Origin: Chamaesiphon sp.
GTDB lineage: Bacteria; Cyanobacteriota; Cyanobacteriia; Cyanobacteriales; Chamaesiphonaceae
Assembly: GCA_965246715.1 (NCBI GenBank)
Contig: CBDFFH010000046.1
Span: 1 to 64,000 of the forward strand
DNA length: 64,000 nucleotides
Direction of reading: 5' to 3'
Positions 41,820-51,458 of this stretch are shown in pieces. The first letter of the stretch is position 1, and each line of letters starts with the position of its first letter. Both the position numbers and the translations under genes were made by a program. The notes under the pieces were generated by a model that did not search any database, was not told where the DNA came from, and saw only the letters and a program-made list of their open reading frames with translations.

Positions 41820-42523
41820 GCGAGTGCAGCGGCGATCGTTTCTAGACAACCGCGATCGAATACCATCAAAGGATGAGCTGCGACTGGCAACATTCGCTCG
41901 GTGCCAATCCCCAGTTGAGAGCTACTCGGCGGTAAAATTATCAGGTCGAACGGTGTCCAGATCGACGTAAAATCTAGCCGCGCTAAGACCGTGAGATCTC
42001 GATTGAGATCTCGCACGAACTTACTGTCAGGGCGCATCTGGACGCAACCAGGACGCGAGGAAAAATAGGCAGCGAGCGTCCCTCGATGCGGACTAGAAAT
42101 CGAAATAAATCGCTGTACCCGCTCGATCCCACCCAGCCGCTGAAGATAATACCGTGCTACCAGTCCACCCATACTAAACCCGATAATGTCGATCGGTTGC
42201 TGTGGTGCAAAGGTTTGACTGACTAAATCTGCTACTTGAGCCGCTAACATTTCTAATCGAGCATCCCCATTATTTGGCTGGAGATCGATCGTGTGTACCT
42301 GCAAACCCAATCCGTGGAGATAACTGGCAATTTTTCGCATCTTGTAGCTGGTATCGGTGATGCCATGAATCAGCAGTACTGGATTGCGCGAGAATTGAGT
42401 GTGCGGCTGGCATAATTGCGCCCGAGCTTTACCGCTATGCCGTAAATGAGAATTTTGGCAATCGGGCATTAGCTTCCGTAATTGATAGGCTAGTCTCGAT
42501 TTTAGCTCGACGACTAACGACAC
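41795..42523 (-). CDS. alpha/beta-fold lipase/esterase
   Basis: LLIHG, GFSMGG nucleophile elbow, SPH.GT; true start probably downstream of the ORF start. Confidence 0.85.
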   Translation of the reverse strand: MSLVVELKSRLAYQLRKLMPDCQNSHLRHSGKARAQLCQPHTQFSRNPVLLIHGITDTSYKMRKIASYLHGLGLQVHTIDLQPNNGDARLEMLAAQVADLVSQTFAPQQPIDIIGFSMGGLVARYYLQRLGGIERVQRFISISSPHRGTLAAYFSSRPGCVQMRPDSKFVRDLNRDLTVLARLDFTSIWTPFDLIILPPSSSQLGIGTERMLPVAAHPLMVFDRGCLETIAAALAQPVESPI

Positions 42524-42670
42524 CTGGATTTTTGAGTGACAGTAGCTAAACTGTCACAAAACTGTCCAATGCTAAGGAGTAAAGTTTTGTTAAACTTTGT
42601 AATCCGCCCTTGCGCTTGCCATTGCTCAAATTTGATAATTCGATCTATGTAATCAGATAAATAATTTACC

Positions 42671-43099
42671 GTGTTTAAAAAGCTCTTTGGCAAAAAAAAT
42701 GATGGCTTTTATCTTCAACTAGAAGATGAGAAGGATACCCCAAAACCAGCCGCTAAAGCTAAATCGGCACCACCTGCTAGTGTTGCTCCAGATCCAGTAG
42801 TTACCGCGCCTGCAGCCGTGCCTGTGGCTCCTGCGGCTACTACCCCAGCTGCGCCTGCTGAGAAAGCGGCCAAAAAGTCTATCAAAAAGTCTACTAATAA
42901 GACAGAAACTGACCAGAAAGTAGAAGAGATGAAATTACCTGTATCAGCTCCTGTTGCTGCTCCAGCAATTACTAGCTTTGCTAGTGATTATCTAATCAAG
43001 CCTTCTAGCGATAGCAGTCGTCGCCGTCCTGGTGCAAACATGAATGCATTTTTAGATATGGCACGCCAAGCTAAAAAGCAAGAACCTTTCAAAAAATAG
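42671..43099 (+). CDS. hypothetical Ala/Pro/Lys-rich protein
   Basis: Conserved-looking ends (KKLFGKK..FYL, FA..YL, RRRPGANM..FLDMAR) around a low-complexity linker. Confidence 0.75.
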   Translation: MFKKLFGKKNDGFYLQLEDEKDTPKPAAKAKSAPPASVAPDPVVTAPAAVPVAPAATTPAAPAEKAAKKSIKKSTNKTETDQKVEEMKLPVSAPVAAPAITSFASDYLIKPSSDSSRRRPGANMNAFLDMARQAKKQEPFKK

Positions 43100-43185
43100 C
43101 AAATAAATCATGAGTTATGAATGATGAATTGTTAGCGGGTAAGACGTTCGATTATTTTTAAATATTTAACATATTTTTATGTAAT

Positions 43186-43367
43186 TAACCCAAGTTGTTA
43201 CCTATAACCCCAGCGGTTAGAAACCGCCGCTCTGCGAAGGCAGACGCTCCGCGAACGGAGTGCAAAGTCCGCCTTCGCGGACTGAATTTCTTAGTCCGCG
43301 AAGGCGGACTTTGCAATATTAGCAGCGACTTTAGTCGCAGGTAATCAGTAGGTAGTAACTTAGGTTA
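43186..43367. repeat. MITE/REPIN-like composite repeat (6276 family, opposite orientation)
   Basis: TAACCCAAGTTGTTACC...GGTAGTAACTTAGGTTA; uninterrupted AAAGTCCGCCTTCGCGGACT doublet. Confidence 0.8.
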
Positions 43368-43430
43368 ATTATGCAAGCGATCGACTCGATTATCGTTCGT
43401 GATTTATAGTTCATAACTCATAATTCGTAT

Positions 43431-44573
43431 TTATTTCTTGCACATCGCCAGCGTACTATAAAGCTGAAAAGCTCGATCCCAAGCGCTATCGGCACGACGC
43501 AATAATTCTAGATGCGGGTCGATCCGCATTAGTAACTCTGGGAAGCCGATCGCCGTCTCCGCAAATGGCGTAAACTCATTCTGGGTTAAAATATCGGGAA
43601 GTAGATCGCTGATTTGAGCTATCAAATTCTTCCAATTATCACGGCTAGTTTTCGGGATCGGTTGACCATTTAATACAGCAGATAGATTGTCACTCGATCG
43701 ACTGTTGAGATTGCCAGTTAATTGATGGCGATTTTGCGTAACAAGTTGCTTGAAATCACAAAAATCATAAGTTTGCGAACATAAGCGAAAAATACTTCTG
43801 CGCCCGCTTAACTGTAGATCGCAGACATGAATGTAATCGAGAATTTTTGGTCTACGGTAGGTACGATTGCGACTATCTATTTCAAATACTTCTTCAAAAA
43901 TCGGTAACATGCCCATTGCAATTTGGGTAACTTCCGACCAGTTAAAATTGAATGTATGCGATTGAGATCGATCGTCCAGACAGACGATCGAGGCTTGAGG
44001 GTGAACAGATTGGAAATAATTGGCTCGAAAGATAAAAAACCGTTGTGTATCCTGCTGTGAAACACAAAAACTCGGGATCTCTGCTTGTGCGAGCTGGTGC
44101 TGATAAAACTCCAACTCTCCCATCGTGCCTAACTTATACAATCGCCAGCCACGAGTCGGTAACTTAAGTCTGGCACTATACGGATCGATCTCCATAATCT
44201 TGGCAAATTTAGCAGCAACCGATTGCTTTCGCTCTGACGAAAGTGGTTCGAGAATCAAAAATCCTGGTGCTAGATTATCTTCAATCCCAGCTCTGGCATT
44301 GACTCTCTCATCTGCTTCGATCTCAGCCTGAATTTGCTCGATTCGTTGGATTCCTTGACGGGCTTCGGTAGTAATTTTTGGATTGAGCGCATGTTGGAGT
44401 AACGATCGATAAATTTCCAGCGCCTTCTCGGATCGATCGGTTGCTTCTTGGAGTCGTGCGGCATAAAGTTGGACTTGGTAGTCGTCTGGTTGCTGCTCGA
44501 GTAACACAGCGATTAGTTTAGCCGCAGTTTGGTAATCCTGACGATTTAGGGCATTAGCAGCTTGCTCTAACAT
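43431..44573 (-). CDS. TPR-containing conserved cyanobacterial protein
   Basis: N-terminal TPR-like helices; 380-aa ORF. Confidence 0.7.
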   Translation of the reverse strand: MLEQAANALNRQDYQTAAKLIAVLLEQQPDDYQVQLYAARLQEATDRSEKALEIYRSLLQHALNPKITTEARQGIQRIEQIQAEIEADERVNARAGIEDNLAPGFLILEPLSSERKQSVAAKFAKIMEIDPYSARLKLPTRGWRLYKLGTMGELEFYQHQLAQAEIPSFCVSQQDTQRFFIFRANYFQSVHPQASIVCLDDRSQSHTFNFNWSEVTQIAMGMLPIFEEVFEIDSRNRTYRRPKILDYIHVCDLQLSGRRSIFRLCSQTYDFCDFKQLVTQNRHQLTGNLNSRSSDNLSAVLNGQPIPKTSRDNWKNLIAQISDLLPDILTQNEFTPFAETAIGFPELLMRIDPHLELLRRADSAWDRAFQLYSTLAMCKK

Positions 44574-44766
44574 AGATTTCGGAACATGAGTTGAATGGGA
44601 TAGTCTCGTCAGGAGTTTGGCTGTGACAGAAGCAATCCACTCTGACCCTATCTGTAGAGTTCCCCTATCTATGTGTTAACCTAACTAATTGTTACATTTC
44701 ACACAATCTAAATTATTAATCAGATTGTAATTTTTCCCCTATTCTCTCTCCCTTTTCCCCTAAATA

Positions 44767-45468
44767 ATGTTGACAGCCAGCCATGGGATTATGCTCGGTT
44801 TATTACTCGGTTTTGCGATCGCGCATAGTGGTTTAGCCGCATTGCGCTCTTGGGCTGAGGGTAAAATTGGCGCACGCTTATACCGCGTTATTTTCGCCCT
44901 AGTCAGTATCCCATTCGCGACGATTTTAATTATTTATTTTTTCAATCACCGTTACGATGGCATCCAATTATGGCAAGTTCAGGGTGTCGTCGGCGTAAAA
45001 GAGACGGTCTGGATCTTATCTTTTATTTCGTTCCTGTTCCTATATCCAGCAACGTTCAATCTACTGGAAATTGCAGCGGTATTCAAACCCCAAGTGCGGA
45101 TCTATGAGACGGGGATTATGCGGATTACCCGACATCCCCAAATGGTCGGTCAATTGATTTGGTGTGTGGCGCACACGCTCTGGTTAGGAACGACATTTAC
45201 GTTAGTAACTTCGATCGGGTTGATGCTGCATCATTTATTTGCCGTTTGGCATGGCGATTATCGCCTGACACAGCGGTACGGCAAGGATTTTGAAGTTGTC
45301 AAAGCCAGAACCTCGATCGTTCCATTTCAGGCAGTTTTAGATGGCAGACAGCAACTTCAGTTCGGCGAATTTTTGCGTCCGGCTTACGCAGGCGTTATCG
45401 CGTTTATCTTTTTATTTTGGTGGGCGCATCCGTGGTTGATTCAGACTACTGCATGGGTATCCTGGTAA
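44767..45468 (+). CDS. NnrU-family protein (Z-ISO-like 15-cis-zeta-carotene isomerase)
   Basis: FAIAHSGLA, NHRYDG, RITRHPQMVGQ; next to trxC. Confidence 0.85.
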   Translation: MLTASHGIMLGLLLGFAIAHSGLAALRSWAEGKIGARLYRVIFALVSIPFATILIIYFFNHRYDGIQLWQVQGVVGVKETVWILSFISFLFLYPATFNLLEIAAVFKPQVRIYETGIMRITRHPQMVGQLIWCVAHTLWLGTTFTLVTSIGLMLHHLFAVWHGDYRLTQRYGKDFEVVKARTSIVPFQAVLDGRQQLQFGEFLRPAYAGVIAFIFLFWWAHPWLIQTTAWVSW

Positions 45469-45670
45469 AGGATTGCTATTTAAATAGTAAAATAGCTTAC
45501 AAAATTAGGCTTGCCACTGATGCGATGGTACTGGGTACTGTTTTCTCTCAGCCGATCGACTCGATCCCTGATACTTATTCGCCGATCCCTATCCCCTTTG
45601 CGGCCTAATTAGCGTTAATATAATGCTTATATAACAAAAGATTTGATTTTAATACCGACCACCTTAATTT

Positions 45671-46066
45671 ATGATCCATTCTGTAACAGATTTGAATTTT
45701 AGGGAAGAAGCGATCGATTCATCGATTCCTGTACTAGTCAACTTTGGGGCACCCTGGTGTGGATTGTGCCAACTCATCCAGCCGACGCTGATTCAGTTTC
45801 ACGATCGCTGGGACGGTCAAATTAAGTTGGTAAATGTTAATGCCGATCGGAATCTTAAATTGGCTAGTACTTATAAACTAAAATCTTTGCCAACATTAAT
45901 TCTGTTTACAAATGGGCGGATGGTACATCGGCTCGAAGGATTTAAAGGCCGCGACGATTTGCGAGATAGTCTCGACCAGATGACCAAGATTGCCACGATG
46001 ACTTGGCAAATCGGCGAGCGCGATCTCCCAATGCGGATCGATTGGCGCTTGGTAACCAGTGAATAA
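45671..46066 (+). CDS. trxC: thioredoxin C (atypical active site)
   Basis: WCGLC active site. Confidence 0.85.
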   Translation: MIHSVTDLNFREEAIDSSIPVLVNFGAPWCGLCQLIQPTLIQFHDRWDGQIKLVNVNADRNLKLASTYKLKSLPTLILFTNGRMVHRLEGFKGRDDLRDSLDQMTKIATMTWQIGERDLPMRIDWRLVTSE

Positions 46067-46071
46067 ATCTC

Positions 46072-46186
46072 GGCATTGCTGAGTTCAGGGATGATTAATT
46101 TTGGGGGTAAACCCACCAAAATCAGGGTAGAGGCAATTCATGAATTGCTCCTACCCTGATTTTTCACACCATAATTTAGTAACACC
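46072..46186. mobile_element. MITE with IS1-like ends containing a REP hairpin
   Basis: Left end GGCATTGCTGAGTTCAGGGATGATT resembles the IS1 TIR at 13765; flanks TAAATCTC/TAAATATG (6/8). Confidence 0.55.
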
Positions 46187-46266
46187 TAAATATGTTCGAT
46201 CTGCGGAGAATGTTGTCTCACTAACTGGGCGATAATGAACTACTAATAATCGATAACCGATCGCTG

Positions 46267-48246
46267 GTGACTGCCATGTCAGAGACAAATATTGAATCGA
46301 CCCTTCAAGAAGCGCGGCTATTTAGCCCTTCAACAGAATTTTCCCAAGCCGCACACATCAAAAGTTTGGCTGAGTATGAGCGTCTTTACGATCGCGCCAA
46401 AGCCAATCCCGAACAGTTTTGGGCAGAATTAGCCCAGAGCGAATTGCACTGGTTTGGGCAGTGGGACAAAGTATTGGATTGGCAACCCCCGTTCGCTAAA
46501 TGGTTTACGGGCGGCAAAATTAATATCTCACATAATTGTCTCGATCGACATTTGACCACTTGGCGCAAGAATAAAGCCGCACTGATATGGGAAGGCGAAC
46601 CAGGTGACTCGCGGACATTAACCTACGCTCAATTGCACCGCGAAGTTTGTCAGATGGCCAATGTGCTCAAACAGATGGGCGTAGTCAAAGGGGATTTGGT
46701 CGGGATTTACATGCCGATGATTCCCGAAGCGGCGATCGCGATGTTGGCTTGTGCGAGAATTGGGGCAGTACATACGGTCGTGTTTGGTGGATTTAGTGCC
46801 GATGCATTGCGAGACAGGTTGGCAAATGGTCGGGCTAAAGCCGTAATTACTGCCGATGGTGGTTGGCGCAAAGATGCGATCGTGCCTTTGAAAATTCAGG
46901 TCGATAAAGCTTTAGAACATGACGCTTGTCCGACGGTGCAAAAGGTACTAGTCGTCCAACGGACGAAGCAAGAGATCCCGATGGTTGCAGGGAGAGATCT
47001 CTGGTGGCACGAACTCCAGCCGACGGTCTCGGCTGATTGCCCCGCCGAACAGATGGATTCGGAGGATATGTTATTCGTTCTTTATACCTCGGGCAGTACG
47101 GGCAAACCGAAAGGTGTAGTGCATACAACTGGTGGCTACAATCTTTACAGCCACATCACTACTAAGTGGATTTTCGATCTCCAGGATACCGATGTCTACT
47201 GGTGTACTGCCGATGTCGGTTGGATTACCGGACATAGCTATATCGTCTATGGCCCCTTATCTAATGGTGCGACGACGGTGATGTATGAGGGCGTAACTCG
47301 TCCCTCGCAACCAGGCTGTACCTGGGACATCATTGAAAAATATGGCGTAACGATCTTTTATACCGCACCGACGGCAATTCGCCTGTTTATGAAAATGGGT
47401 GACGAATTGCCCAACGCACGAAATCTCACCTCCCTCCGACTGCTGGGTACCGTCGGCGAACCGATCGCCCCTGAAGCTTGGATGTGGTACCATCGCGTCA
47501 TCGGTGGCGAAAAATGTCCGATCGTCGATACCTGGTGGCAAACAGAGACGGGGGGAATTATGATTACTGCCTTACCTGGTGCGATTCCCACGAAACCTGG
47601 TTCGGCAACGCGACCGTTCCCTGGCATTATCGCCGAAATCGTCGATCTCGACGGCGATCCTGTCCCCGACAATAGTGGCGGCTATTTAGCTGTAAAATAC
47701 CCCTGGCCGGGGATGATGCGGACGGTATACGGGGACGATGAAAGATTCCGGAAGACCTATTGGGAACACATCCCACCCCGAGATGGCAAGTACGTGTATT
47801 TTGCGGGCGATGGCGCGCGACAGGACGCGGATGGTTACTTTTGGGTGATGGGACGCATCGATGATGTGTTAAATGTCTCTGGACACCGTTTAGGCACGAT
47901 GGAAGTCGAGTCTGCCTTAGTCTCGCACCCGGCTGTCGCTGAAGCTGCGGTCGTCGGCAAACCAGACGATCTGAAGGGCGAAGAAATCGTCGCCTTTGTG
48001 ACGCTAAATACTAACTACCAAGCCAGTGAAGACTTAGCCAAAGAGTTGAAAAAACAGGTAGCGCAAGAGATTGGCGCGATCGCACGTCCTAGCGAAATCC
48101 GGTTTACCGATGCGCTACCCAAAACTCGATCGGGTAAAATCATGCGCCGCTTATTGCGCGATTTGGCCGCAGGGAAGGAAATATCGGGCGATACTTCCAC
48201 GTTAGAGGATCGCAGTGTTTTGGATAAATTACGGGAGAGCGACTAA
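46267..48246 (+). CDS. acs: acetyl-CoA synthetase
   Basis: [32 protein letters not shown]. Confidence 0.97.
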   Translation: MTAMSETNIESTLQEARLFSPSTEFSQAAHIKSLAEYERLYDRAKANPEQFWAELAQSELHWFGQWDKVLDWQPPFAKWFTGGKINISHNCLDRHLTTWRKNKAALIWEGEPGDSRTLTYAQLHREVCQMANVLKQMGVVKGDLVGIYMPMIPEAAIAMLACARIGAVHTVVFGGFSADALRDRLANGRAKAVITADGGWRKDAIVPLKIQVDKALEHDACPTVQKVLVVQRTKQEIPMVAGRDLWWHELQPTVSADCPAEQMDSEDMLFVLYTSGSTGKPKGVVHTTGGYNLYSHITTKWIFDLQDTDVYWCTADVGWITGHSYIVYGPLSNGATTVMYEGVTRPSQPGCTWDIIEKYGVTIFYTAPTAIRLFMKMGDELPNARNLTSLRLLGTVGEPIAPEAWMWYHRVIGGEKCPIVDTWWQTETGGIMITALPGAIPTKPGSATRPFPGIIAEIVDLDGDPVPDNSGGYLAVKYPWPGMMRTVYGDDERFRKTYWEHIPPRDGKYVYFAGDGARQDADGYFWVMGRIDDVLNVSGHRLGTMEVESALVSHPAVAEAAVVGKPDDLKGEEIVAFVTLNTNYQASEDLAKELKKQVAQEIGAIARPSEIRFTDALPKTRSGKIMRRLLRDLAAGKEISGDTSTLEDRSVLDKLRESD

Positions 48247-48344
48247 TCGAGTTGTTTGATTAGAGCAAGTAGTTTTCCCAGTTAGTCGATCGATCCAACT
48301 TGAGGATCGATCGATATTTTTGTGCTGTTAAGTTTATCGTTTTA

Positions 48345-48568
48345 GCGTCAGTTCGGGTTAAGAGGATCCCGGAGACTGAAGTCTCGGCTCATGATGCGAA
48401 GTCCGCCTGCGCGGACTGAATATCTTAGTCCGCGCAGGCGGACTTTGTAACGTTAGCCCCAATTTGCGGAAAGTGCGATCTTGGGGTTTCCCCAAGTAGA
48501 GCACCTTTTCAAGACACAATCGAGGGCGGTACTGGAACGGAGCAAATATCCTTAACCCGAACTGACAT
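48345..48568. repeat. MITE-like repeat (GTCAGTTCGGG family) with REP doublet and nested 51-bp insert
   Basis: GTCAGTTCGGGTTAAG...CTTAACCCGAACTGAC; insert at 48466-48516. Confidence 0.8.
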
Positions 48569-48654
48569 AGTTTTAGCGATCGTCAAAAATTAAAGCGAAA
48601 CAATTTGGAGCTAGTAGCGTCTGGAATAGTAATCAAAACAAATATTATTTCACG

Positions 48655-49119
48655 ATGAAAAGCATTTTACTTAGATCGGCAATTCTGACAGCTTGTATTT
48701 TTGCTGCACTCGATCGCGCACCACAAGCGGCTGTAGCTGGTGGTATCGGCAACAACTACATCGGCCCTTCAGTTAGTTTTGGTAATGGCTCGACTGTAAT
48801 CGGTATCGATAGTAAGTTCGGTGTCGCTGATAATGTATCTTTGCGCCCCTTTGTCACATTTCCATCTGGTGGTACGACCTTTGGTACCAGTCTGACCTAC
48901 GATTGGGATCTCCGGAAATCATCGTTACCGATTACGCCGTTTATCGGTCTGGGGATTAACTTTAATTCTGGAAATAACAACACTCAAACTACTGGATTCG
49001 CTCAAATCGGTACGGATTTAGATGTGAGTGAAAATATTTCATTGTTAGGCTCCGTCCAGATTCCATTTAACAGCGGTTATAGCACTACAGTAACGATCGG
49101 TAGTGGTTTACGCTTCTAA
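48655..49119 (+). CDS. small outer-membrane beta-barrel protein
   Basis: Signal peptide, alternating beta-strand pattern, terminal Phe. Confidence 0.7.
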   Translation: MKSILLRSAILTACIFAALDRAPQAAVAGGIGNNYIGPSVSFGNGSTVIGIDSKFGVADNVSLRPFVTFPSGGTTFGTSLTYDWDLRKSSLPITPFIGLGINFNSGNNNTQTTGFAQIGTDLDVSENISLLGSVQIPFNSGYSTTVTIGSGLRF

Positions 49120-49173
49120 TCATCGCGCGATCGAGCCGGAAGATTTCTGGGCAATTGGAATCATCTCATCAGC

Positions 49174-49229
49174 ATAAAACATCAAAACTCTAGCAATCTA
49201 CTCGGATTGCTAGAGTTTTGATGTTTTAT
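49174..49229. terminator. long hairpin between convergent genes
   Basis: ATAAAACATCAAAACTCTAGCAATC/GATTGCTAGAGTTTTGATGTTTTAT. Confidence 0.7.
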
Positions 49230-49284
49230 AATTGTAAGACTAAAAATAAGATCGAGAGCGGCTCGAGTTCGAGTTGTTAAGCTG

Positions 49285-49605
49285 CTAAGTATCGGTATTC
49301 AACACCGACTTATTTAGCAGACTATCCAATCGATCGGTAGACCAGTATTCTGAAGGATAAGCGATTGCCGAAATCGATGATAATCTCACGACCCAAGTCA
49401 CACGTTGAAAGCTATACTCTGTCGATTCCTCCTCACTGCCAGGTACTAAGATCAATACTTCCACAAAATCGCGATCGAGTCCGATCGGGATGCCAAAGTA
49501 GCTTTTGTCGCGAGTTTCAAACCAGACCTTAATCCCGTCATGTAAAGCAACTTTTAAGCGTTGATACAATAGGCTCGATTCATTGACTTCAGACTTTTTG
49601 CCCAT
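49285..49605 (-). CDS. hypothetical protein
   Basis: 106-aa ATG ORF with a beta-rich pattern. Confidence 0.65.
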   Translation of the reverse strand: MGKKSEVNESSLLYQRLKVALHDGIKVWFETRDKSYFGIPIGLDRDFVEVLILVPGSEEESTEYSFQRVTWVVRLSSISAIAYPSEYWSTDRLDSLLNKSVLNTDT

Positions 49606-49898
49606 AGTTAATCTCGATTAGGTTTAATGGTCTTTAGATTATATTATTACCGATCGCCTTCGGTATAAATTCAGTTGGTAGCTAGTAGATACCTCGTCGA
49701 GCCGCACGGCAATCCGTATTGTATCGCCAATGCAACGGTTATTACCTGGTTGTCAAGTCGCAAAACACGAATCTCTCACCATTCCGGTCTTGAGATAGAT
49801 CTGTTACAGTTAAATAAGGTATAGATACTCTTAAACCGATACAGATAGAGTCTTTTGGCTGTATAACAGTCGATCTTCACCCCCTAAAGTAATAAATT

Positions 49899-50564
49899 AT
49901 GATCTTCGACATCTTCGGCGCTAAGAAATCAACTCTCCCGTCTCCAGAAACTGCTTTACCTGGTAGAACGACCAAAATGCCACTTCCCGTCAAGCATTTT
50001 GTCAATGGCAATCCCTTTGCGCCGCCATATCCCGCCCAGATGGAGCAAGCGATGTTTGGATTGGGTTGTTTCTGGGGTGCCGAGCGCAAGTTTTGGCAAC
50101 TCCCTGAAGGCATCTACATCACAGCTGTCGGCTATGCCGCTGGGATTACCCCAAATCCTAATTACCAAGAAGTTTGCACGGGTCGTACCGGGCATAATGA
50201 GGTCGTATTGGTAGTCTTCGACCCCAAGGTCATCACTTACCAACAGTTATTGAAAGTATTCTGGGAAAGCCACAATCCAACTCAAGGAATGCGCCAGGGT
50301 AACGATGCTGGCACGCAATATCGATCGGGGATCTATTGCTATTCCGACAGCCAAAAACAATTGGCGGAGGCTTCTAAAGCAGCTTACCAAGCAGCGTTGA
50401 ATGCATCTGGGTACAAAGAGATCACTACCGAAATTTTGGACGCTCCAGAATTTTATTATGCTGAGGAATACCACCAACAATATCTAGCGAAAAATCCTGG
50501 TGGTTACTGCGGCTTGGGCGGTACAAATGTCTGTATGCCCGAAAATCTCTCGGTAGCTAACTAG
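49899..50564 (+). CDS. msrA: peptide-methionine (S)-S-oxide reductase
   Basis: [24 protein letters not shown]. Confidence 0.97.
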   Translation: MIFDIFGAKKSTLPSPETALPGRTTKMPLPVKHFVNGNPFAPPYPAQMEQAMFGLGCFWGAERKFWQLPEGIYITAVGYAAGITPNPNYQEVCTGRTGHNEVVLVVFDPKVITYQQLLKVFWESHNPTQGMRQGNDAGTQYRSGIYCYSDSQKQLAEASKAAYQAALNASGYKEITTEILDAPEFYYAEEYHQQYLAKNPGGYCGLGGTNVCMPENLSVAN

Positions 50565-50710
50565 CCTGAGTTCGGGATAAGAATCGATCGATGGCTTCTA
50601 GCTTCGTTTCCGCACCGCCCTCAAATGAATTTGGGGGTAATAGCCCGAAATTATAGTTCAGGGCGGTACTTGAGCGAAGCAAATCAATTTTCCTTATCCC
50701 GAACTGACAT
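50564..50710. repeat. MITE-like repeat (AGTTCGGG family)
   Basis: AGTTCGGGATAAG...CTTATCCCGAACT; interior resembles 25912-26138 in reverse orientation. Confidence 0.72.
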
Positions 50711-50789
50711 TAACTAAATAGGGCTTGCTGAAAAAGTCAGAGAATGGCATTAAATTGGAGCGATTCACGATCATAAAATTCTCGCCAAT

Positions 50790-51203
50790 TAAGTTCTGGG
50801 GGCAATTTGACACCACTAGTAGGGGCATTTGGCAGTCGAAACAAACTAGAGACAAAAGCATATTCGATATCCTGCGGGAGCGCGCAACTCAACCGCGCGA
50901 GCGTACCTAAAATATTAATGACTTCTGCCCAGACATCCTCGATCGCGTGATATATCTCTGGTTGAGTACTCGCAGTGGCGGCGAGACGATGATGGACGAT
51001 CGCCTATGCGATCGCGGTATGCCAGTCATCAGGGGGTAATAGTTCTACCATGCCATAGGCACATTTCGCCGTTGTAATTCCACGTCGATTTGAGCGTAGG
51101 CATTTTGATAACGGTTGCGTTAGCTAACGAGCCGATTGTAAGCATCGATGAGAATATACGCGCCGATCGCCACAACTGCGACGATAAAGATAAGAATGCC
51201 CAT
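50790..51203 (-). pseudogene. lemA: lemA pseudogene fused to a probable M48-peptidase fragment
   Basis: MGILIFIVAVVAIGAYILIDAYNRLVS*RNRYQNAYAQIDVELQRR (TAA at codon 28), then IEDVWAEVINILGTLARL..DIEYAFVSSLFRLP. Confidence 0.7.
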
Positions 51204-51458
51204 AGGTGCGATGAATAACTACCATACCTAAGGTACCCAAGTAAAATGAGAATACATTACCTCAATTGCCTTACTCACATCTTGCACCAGGTTAAAGATA
51301 CTATCGATCGTGTAGGGGTACCCTCAGATCTGTGTTTTTTTAGACAGTAGATTGGTGGCTAAGATTTGAACCGCTCGATCTGGATCATCTAGTACCCGCT
51401 CGATGCAATCCAGGTCTATTGTATGATGAGGATAATTTTTAGCAAGATGATATAAGCG

